Origin: an uncultured Thermoanaerobaculia bacterium
Lineage (GTDB): Bacteria > Acidobacteriota > UBA4820 > DSQY01
DNA: 64,000 nt
Direction: 5' to 3'
NCBI GenBank assembly: GCA_964507185.1
Contig: CAZDOY010000011.1
Span: 7,311 to 71,310, forward strand
Of this stretch, positions 59,462 through 64,000 are shown piece by piece. A program made the translations under genes and the position numbers. The first letter of the stretch is position 1; each line of letters begins with the position of its first letter. The notes under the pieces were generated by a model. The model saw nothing but the letters and a program-made list of their open reading frames with translations. It was not told where the DNA came from and did not search any database.

Positions 59462-59914
59462 ATGGATTTGATTCTCTGGCGCCACGCCGACGCGGCGTAC
59501 GGCGTGCCCGACGAGGAACGCCAGCTTTCGCAGGAAGGCCGGGAACAGGCGGCGATGATGGCCGACTGGCTCAAGGCACGCGTGAGCGGTGACGCAAAGC
59601 TGTTCTCCAGCCCGTTTACGAGGGCACGGCAGACGGCCATGGCCTTCGGGCAGGACGTGGAGATTCTGAGGGAAGCCGCGCCGGGGGCGTCGCCTTACGA
59701 TCTTCTGTCGGCCGTGGGCTGGCCGGGCGGAAAGGGCGTTGCGATTGTCGTGGGTCACCAGCCAGATCTCGGGGAAACCGCCGCGACGATACTTACGGGA
59801 GGGCCGCTGCCGATCAGTTTCTCCAAGGGCACGGCCTGGTGGTTCCGGTCCGGCTTCGAAGGCGGGAGAAGACAAGTCCGCCTCGTTTCCGTCATGGCTC
59901 CCGATCTGCTCTAG
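59462..59914 (+). CDS. sixA: Phosphohistidine phosphatase SixA (histidine phosphatase superfamily)
   Basis: RHG catalytic motif near the N-terminus (ILWRHADAA), a downstream His and the typical ~150-aa size. Confidence 0.75.
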   Translation: MDLILWRHADAAYGVPDEERQLSQEGREQAAMMADWLKARVSGDAKLFSSPFTRARQTAMAFGQDVEILREAAPGASPYDLLSAVGWPGGKGVAIVVGHQPDLGETAATILTGGPLPISFSKGTAWWFRSGFEGGRRQVRLVSVMAPDLL

Positions 59915-59941
59915 CGGGCTGTGCCGGGAAGGAATGACACG

Positions 59942-60700
59942 ATGGCTTCAAAGCGCGTCGAATTTATGGGGGGAAACGGGCATGTGCTGGCGGGTATTCT
60001 CGATCTGCCATCCGAAGGGCGGCCCAGCGCGTGGGGGATCTTTGCGCATTGTTTCACGTGTGGCAAGGACCTCAAGCCCATCGTGAATATCGACCGGGCA
60101 CTCAACGAACAAGGCATGGCGGTGCTCCGCTTCGATTTTACCGGTCTGGGCGAGAGCGGTGGACGCTTCGTCGAGACGAACTTCTCCTCGAACGTCGGTG
60201 ACCTTGTAGCGGCGTCGGAGTTTCTGGGGACGCGCTACGAAGCGCCGAAATTCCTGATAGGCCACTCGTTGGGCGGCGCCGCAGCCATCAAGGCGGCAGG
60301 GCGCATACCCGGATGCCGCGCCGTGGTAACGATCGCCGCAACATCCGATCCGGCCGGGTTGAGGGGACTGTTCAAGGGCAAGGAAGAGGAGATGGCGGAA
60401 TCCGGAGAGGCGTCGGTCATGGTCGCCGGGCGTCCGTTCACTTTCAAGAAGCAATTTCTTGACGATATAACCGGCGCGGATCTGGGAGAGGATATTCAAA
60501 ACCTGGGGCGCCCCATCCTCATCCTTCATTCGCCCCTGGACGACACGGTCGACATAGAGAACGCCGCCCGGATCTTCCAGTCCGCCAGGCATCCGAAGAG
60601 CTTCATTTCGCTCGATGGGGCGGACCACCTGCTCCTCAAAGAGAGCGATTCCCGTTTCGCAGGCGCCATGATAGGTACGTGGGTGTCGAGGTACATTTGA
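59942..60700 (+). CDS. Alpha/beta-fold hydrolase
   Basis: Nucleophile elbow GHSLGG plus downstream Asp/His. I set the start at ATG 59942 with a GGAAGGAA RBS. Confidence 0.7.
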   Translation: MASKRVEFMGGNGHVLAGILDLPSEGRPSAWGIFAHCFTCGKDLKPIVNIDRALNEQGMAVLRFDFTGLGESGGRFVETNFSSNVGDLVAASEFLGTRYEAPKFLIGHSLGGAAAIKAAGRIPGCRAVVTIAATSDPAGLRGLFKGKEEEMAESGEASVMVAGRPFTFKKQFLDDITGADLGEDIQNLGRPILILHSPLDDTVDIENAARIFQSARHPKSFISLDGADHLLLKESDSRFAGAMIGTWVSRYI

Positions 60701-60730
60701 CAGACTGCGGGCGGCCGGTCAGGGGCCGTT

Positions 60731-60961
60731 CTACTCCTTCGTTTCAGGCGTGATGGTGTAAAGATAACCGAATAGCCAGGCCTTCGTCTTTTTCGGCTCC
60801 AGACACTCCATAACCCGCATGACCTCGGCCCAGCGCTCGGCGTGCCCAGGCTCGTGAAACTGACGGTACTGCCAGTCGAGGGGATTTCCATGGCGGCGGC
60901 GGGCCGCTTCAAGGTCGTCGGTCAACCCTGCGTACACTTTCCCCATGTTGACGTAACCCAT
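60731..60961 (-). CDS. GIY-YIG nuclease superfamily small protein
   Basis: 76 aa. The N-terminus GYVNMGKVYAGLTDDLEAARRRH fits the GIY-x10-YxG...R...H pattern of the GIY-YIG/YhbQ family. Confidence 0.6.
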   Translation of the reverse strand: MGYVNMGKVYAGLTDDLEAARRRHGNPLDWQYRQFHEPGHAERWAEVMRVMECLEPKKTKAWLFGYLYTITPETKE

Positions 60962-61445
60962 GCTTCGATACCCTCCTTGCGGTTCCTATGCGGGCGGAAA
61001 GGGTCTCCCTTCCCCGCGTGGTTCCGAATATCGCTGATAGCGAGCTTCCCGGGGCGAACACGAGCGCCCCTGAACCCTTTGCAGGGAGGTGGGGAGCCCG
61101 GTGGTCGGCCGGACTCCCCAAGCTAAGAAGAAAGGGAAGCGGTAACGGGTAAATGAAGGCGAGAAATGAGGACGAACAGCCCCTGGTCCATGACCACCAA
61201 GAGGTTGCCGGTCCAGGAATATGTTCACGTCTCCGAACATGTTGACCCTCCATCGCGAAGCCGGTACCGGGACAGCCAGGCGCAGGGCATAAGCTGTACG
61301 ACGATCCGGACGCGACGGCGTTGAGTCTCGTCGCCGTCCGGATGTCGCTCGCTTGACGTACTTACGGAAAAATCCCCTCATCCGCTCTTTCGGCCTCTGC
61401 GGATACCGTCCACTTTTTAAGATAGGTCGGTGACGGGCCGTGTGC

Positions 61446-61489
61446 CTCCAACTCTGGTTGTAGATGCGATCTCCAACTCTGGTTGTAGA
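61446..61489. repeat. Two perfect 19-bp direct repeats CTCCAACTCTGGTTGTAGA, 25-bp period, upstream of tauE
   Basis: Read directly from the sequence. The copies are at 61446-61464 and 61471-61489, separated by TGCGAT, and are followed by an AT-rich TATAAG-containing stretch (61520-61545). Confidence 0.5.
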
Positions 61490-61575
61490 CAAAATCGTGT
61501 CCCCGATCGGACAAAGACGAATAGAGCTATAAGATGATTATCTAAAATCAATATGAGTGAGGCATCGGAGACCTT

Positions 61576-61597
61576 GGGCGAGTGGACTCGCCCTTTT
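61576..61597 (+). promoter_or_regulatory. Terminator/attenuator-like hairpin in the putative tauE leader
   Basis: GGGCGAG-tgga-CTCGCCC is followed by TTTTG. It lies between the AT-rich putative promoter and the most plausible tauE start codons (61694 or 61721). Confidence 0.3.
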
Positions 61598-61693
61598 GCG
61601 CACTCCTTGGGCGGCGGCATGCCGGCGGCACCATCGCTCGGCCCCACTTTTGTGCGCCGGAGGGTAGGATTGACCGGCCGAGGCGGGGAGGCT

Positions 61694-62479
61694 ATGCTGG
61701 CTCGCTTCGGGGAAGGCGAGATGCACCTTGCTGTGTGGCTGTTTCCGGTTCTTTTCGCGACGGGACTCGTAGCGGGTCTCGTCGATTCCATCGCCGGGGG
61801 AGGGGGGCTGATAACCATCCCCGTCCTGCTGGGAGTCGGCGTACCCCCCCATCTCGCCCTGGGAACGAACAAACTCCAGGCCAGCTTCGGGTCCGGCAGC
61901 GCCTCGTTCAACTTCGTGCGGAGCGGCACGGCCCGGCTCAGGGGTTGCCTCAGGGGCATCGCATTCACGTTCGTTGGGGCCGCGCTGGGCGCCATCACGG
62001 TTCAGCGCCTGAATCCGGGCTTCCTGAAGCTCCTCATTCCCATCATGCTGGGGGTCATCGCGGTCTACACGTTCTTTACGCCCGACCTCGGCGCCCTCGA
62101 CGTCCACCCGAGGCTGAAGAGCACGCCCTTCTATGTGATGGCGGGACTGACGCTGGGCTTTTACGACGGCTTCTTCGGGCCCGGAACGGGCTCCTTCTGG
62201 GTCGTGGTGTTCATGCTGCTGGTCGGCTTCAACATGAAGAAGGCCACGGCCTATACGAAGGTGATGAACTTCACCAGCAACGTGGCCTCGCTGTTGTTTT
62301 TCATGCTGGGTGGCCACGTTCTGTACGTGCCCGCGCTGGTCATGGCCGGGGGGCAGGTGTTGGGGGCTCGCATTGGATCGGGCCTCGTGATCACCAGGGG
62401 GGTCCGATTCGTGCGACCCGTCTTCCTGGTCATGGTCGTACTCGTTACCGCCAAGCTCATCTTCGACGCGTATCTGTAA
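61694..62479 (+). CDS. Sulfite exporter TauE/SafE family membrane protein
   Basis: 4+4 TM topology and conserved TauE motifs (DSIAGGGGLITIPVLL; GFYDGFFGPGTGSF). The start is uncertain: ATG 61694, ATG 61721, or the track start 61553 if the 50-aa N-terminal extension is real. Confidence 0.75.
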   Translation: MLARFGEGEMHLAVWLFPVLFATGLVAGLVDSIAGGGGLITIPVLLGVGVPPHLALGTNKLQASFGSGSASFNFVRSGTARLRGCLRGIAFTFVGAALGAITVQRLNPGFLKLLIPIMLGVIAVYTFFTPDLGALDVHPRLKSTPFYVMAGLTLGFYDGFFGPGTGSFWVVVFMLLVGFNMKKATAYTKVMNFTSNVASLLFFMLGGHVLYVPALVMAGGQVLGARIGSGLVITRGVRFVRPVFLVMVVLVTAKLIFDAYL

Positions 62480-62620
62480 ATTCTCTTCGCAGGAGGAGTG
62501 GACCACTGAGCCTACGGAGGCCACAGGGGCGGCGATTTCCCATCAAGAGTTCAGAGGAAAACGGAAGGGGAATCACGGATCGACCCGCGCCTTCGAAGAT
62601 CTTCTCCAGACTTCTTCACC

Positions 62621-62648
62621 TGGTCGCTGGATCACTCGACCACCTCGC
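62621..62648. repeat. Octamer array GGTCGCTGGATCACTCGACCACCT (same family as 25264-25294) between convergent genes
   Basis: Read directly from the sequence. Confidence 0.45.
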
Positions 62649-62662
62649 CGCCAGGCGCCCGT

Positions 62663-63346
62663 CTACGCCGAAGCGGCGCGGCCGTTTTCGGCCAGCGTGC
62701 TCTCCCAGCGCTCGAGGGCTGCGGGCCCGTACTCGTGATACCAGGTCTCAAGCATGTCGGTGAGAGGGACTTCGTGATGCGTGCCCCTGTCCTTGACGTA
62801 CTCTATGTGGACCACGCCCGAACGGTCGCGATGGTGGAGGATTGCATCGGTTGTGCCGTCGAATTCGACCAGCCGCCAGCCCATCTTGTCGCACAGGGCT
62901 TTCTCGAACGACGGTGTCGCCTTGAGCCAAAGCCCATCGAGGTGAAATTCCACGTAGGTGTGGTAGACCATCATGTCGGATCCCAGGACCCAGCCCATTC
63001 GCCCCGGCAGGTTGTGGTTCTTCAGGTCGGCGAAATGGAAGCGCGCGGGAATGCCGGCGGCCCTGGCAAGCGCGACCAGCAGGGCTGATTTCTGCGTGCA
63101 GAAGCCGTAGCCGCGTTCCAGCGTGGCGGTTCCGAGGTAATTGTCGATCTGCATGAATGAAGTGTAGGGAATGTAGCGGATCGAATCGCGCACGTAGTTG
63201 AACAGGAGGACGGCGGCGTCGCGGCGGCTCTTCGCCCCGTCCGTCAAGACACTTGCCAGTTCTTCGATTTCCGGGGCATCGGAATCCACGCCGAAAGAAG
63301 GCATGAGGTATATCTCAAACCTGTCGTTCACTATGTGCTCCTCCAC
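62663..63346 (-). CDS. Transglutaminase-like cysteine peptidase family protein
   Basis: Catalytic Cys in GFCTQKSALLVALARAAGIPARF, followed by His and Asp; it belongs to the transglutaminase-core superfamily. Start GTG 63346 or an internal ATG at about 63304. Confidence 0.65.
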   Translation of the reverse strand: MEEHIVNDRFEIYLMPSFGVDSDAPEIEELASVLTDGAKSRRDAAVLLFNYVRDSIRYIPYTSFMQIDNYLGTATLERGYGFCTQKSALLVALARAAGIPARFHFADLKNHNLPGRMGWVLGSDMMVYHTYVEFHLDGLWLKATPSFEKALCDKMGWRLVEFDGTTDAILHHRDRSGVVHIEYVKDRGTHHEVPLTDMLETWYHEYGPAALERWESTLAENGRAASA

Positions 63347-63635
63347 TTACCAAGTCCGTCATGGTAATGCATCGAAAGGGCATACACAAAAAGCGCGCGC
63401 CGATCGAAGACTTAAGAACCGCCACGAACATCCAGGAATTCCCTTTTTTCGGGGACGTTCCGTGAGGACGGCCACAGCATCGGCCCTGGATTGCCGGACA
63501 TTCAGGGAACGACCGGCCCGCCATACTCAGCCCGACGCGCGCGCAGGGGCCGGAGCGTCCGGCGGTCGGCGCCTTGCTTTCTGCGGTACGCATCTATAAG
63601 TGATCGCATCTCGCACACCCCGGACATAGAAGGGA

Positions 63636-64000
63636 TCAGCCCTTGAAGAACCAGACGCCGATACCTGCCAGACCCACGATGAGGCACCACAGCGAAAACT
63701 GGTAGAGCCGGCCCTTGTCGACGACGCGCTTGAGCAGCCAGAGGGCGGCCAGCCCAACTATGAACGCGATGGAGAAACCCACGACGTCGTCGGCGAGGTG
63801 TGGATTCGCGCTGGAAAGGGCGTCCCTGGCATCCAGAAGGAACGCCCCCGCTATGGCGGGCAGAGATGCGATGAAAGAGAAGCGAAACGCGGCTTCCGGT
63901 TCGAGGCCCCTTGCGAGGGCGGAGGAAATCGTGGCGCCGGAACGCGAGATGCCCGGAAAGACGGCGACCCCCTGGGCCGTCCCGATCAGCGCGGCATCGA
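63636..64000 (-). CDS. uppP: Undecaprenyl-diphosphate phosphatase UppP/BacA, C-terminal part; continues beyond the right edge
   Basis: Manual minus-strand translation gives ...FPGISRSGATISSALARGLEPEAAFRFSFIASLPAIAGAFLLDARD...WFFKG*. It contains the GxSRSGxT UppP signature. Confidence 0.7.
   Translation of the reverse strand, partial: DAALIGTAQGVAVFPGISRSGATISSALARGLEPEAAFRFSFIASLPAIAGAFLLDARDALSSANPHLADDVVGFSIAFIVGLAALWLLKRVVDKGRLYQFSLWCLIVGLAGIGVWFFKG

Noticed and set aside
61446-61489. Possible CRISPR array (identical 19-bp repeats)
   Set aside because: There are only two repeat copies with a 6-bp spacer between them and no cas genes nearby. It is better explained as a direct-repeat regulatory site.
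60986-61492. 168-aa ORF on the minus strand filling the GIY-YIG/tauE intergenic region
   Set aside because: It is extremely Arg-rich with no hydrophobic core or motifs and no RBS. It overlaps the repeat and hairpin-containing leader. It was treated as non-coding.

Overview
This is a high-GC (~65%) bacterial chromosomal segment whose gene content resembles an anaerobic deltaproteobacterium-like organism; that assignment is inference from gene content only. I call about 60 CDS, one tRNA and several terminators, promoters and repeats, listed in order below.

1. Chemotaxis operon on the minus strand (1-4837): amidohydrolase, cheR, MCP, cheW, cheY and the 5' end of cheA, with start/stop overlaps between amidohydrolase-cheR and cheR-MCP. 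A MetY-like PLP enzyme lies just upstream.
2. A fused radical-SAM/DUF2344-like protein followed by RNase G.
3. dedA-MBL hydrolase, ssb, rsmD and selB.
4. A membrane H+-pyrophosphatase.
5. A lower-GC block: TPR lipoprotein, tonB, exbB and two exbD.
6. A GlcD-GlpC fused FAD/Fe-S dehydrogenase, convergent with a mitochondrial-type aconitase.
7. A truD-larC-plsC block, then an M50 protease and a PP-loop ATPase.
8. tRNA-Val(GAC) directly fused upstream of thrS-infC-rpmI-rplT.
9. A DUF4388 protein, then a NarI/HdrD-type fused membrane Fe-S oxidoreductase, mobA and malic enzyme.
10. bcp, an EamA transporter, a lytic transglycosylase and ruvB.
11. The heat-shock operon hrcA-grpE-dnaK-dnaJ.
12. The large subunit of a methylmalonyl-CoA mutase family enzyme, with no B12 subunit in the window.
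13. sixA, a tauE exporter, a transglutaminase-like protein and the 5' end of uppP.

I see no transposase, integrase or CRISPR array. Many long antisense ORFs in the six-frame track are GC-content artefacts. The track also translates GTG/TTG as M, so several track starts are over-extended; I moved them to ATG/GTG codons that have Shine-Dalgarno support.

The non-coding DNA holds the most unusual signals. A dispersed family of tandem GATCACT octamer arrays sits in at least five intergenic regions. A second element is bounded by inverted GGCTAAGG-type mini-repeats. There is a 19-bp direct repeat pair plus a terminator-like hairpin in the tauE leader, and an AT-rich palindrome at the promoter of the MetY-like gene.

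All protein-family calls rest on motifs I could read by eye; none was confirmed by database search.
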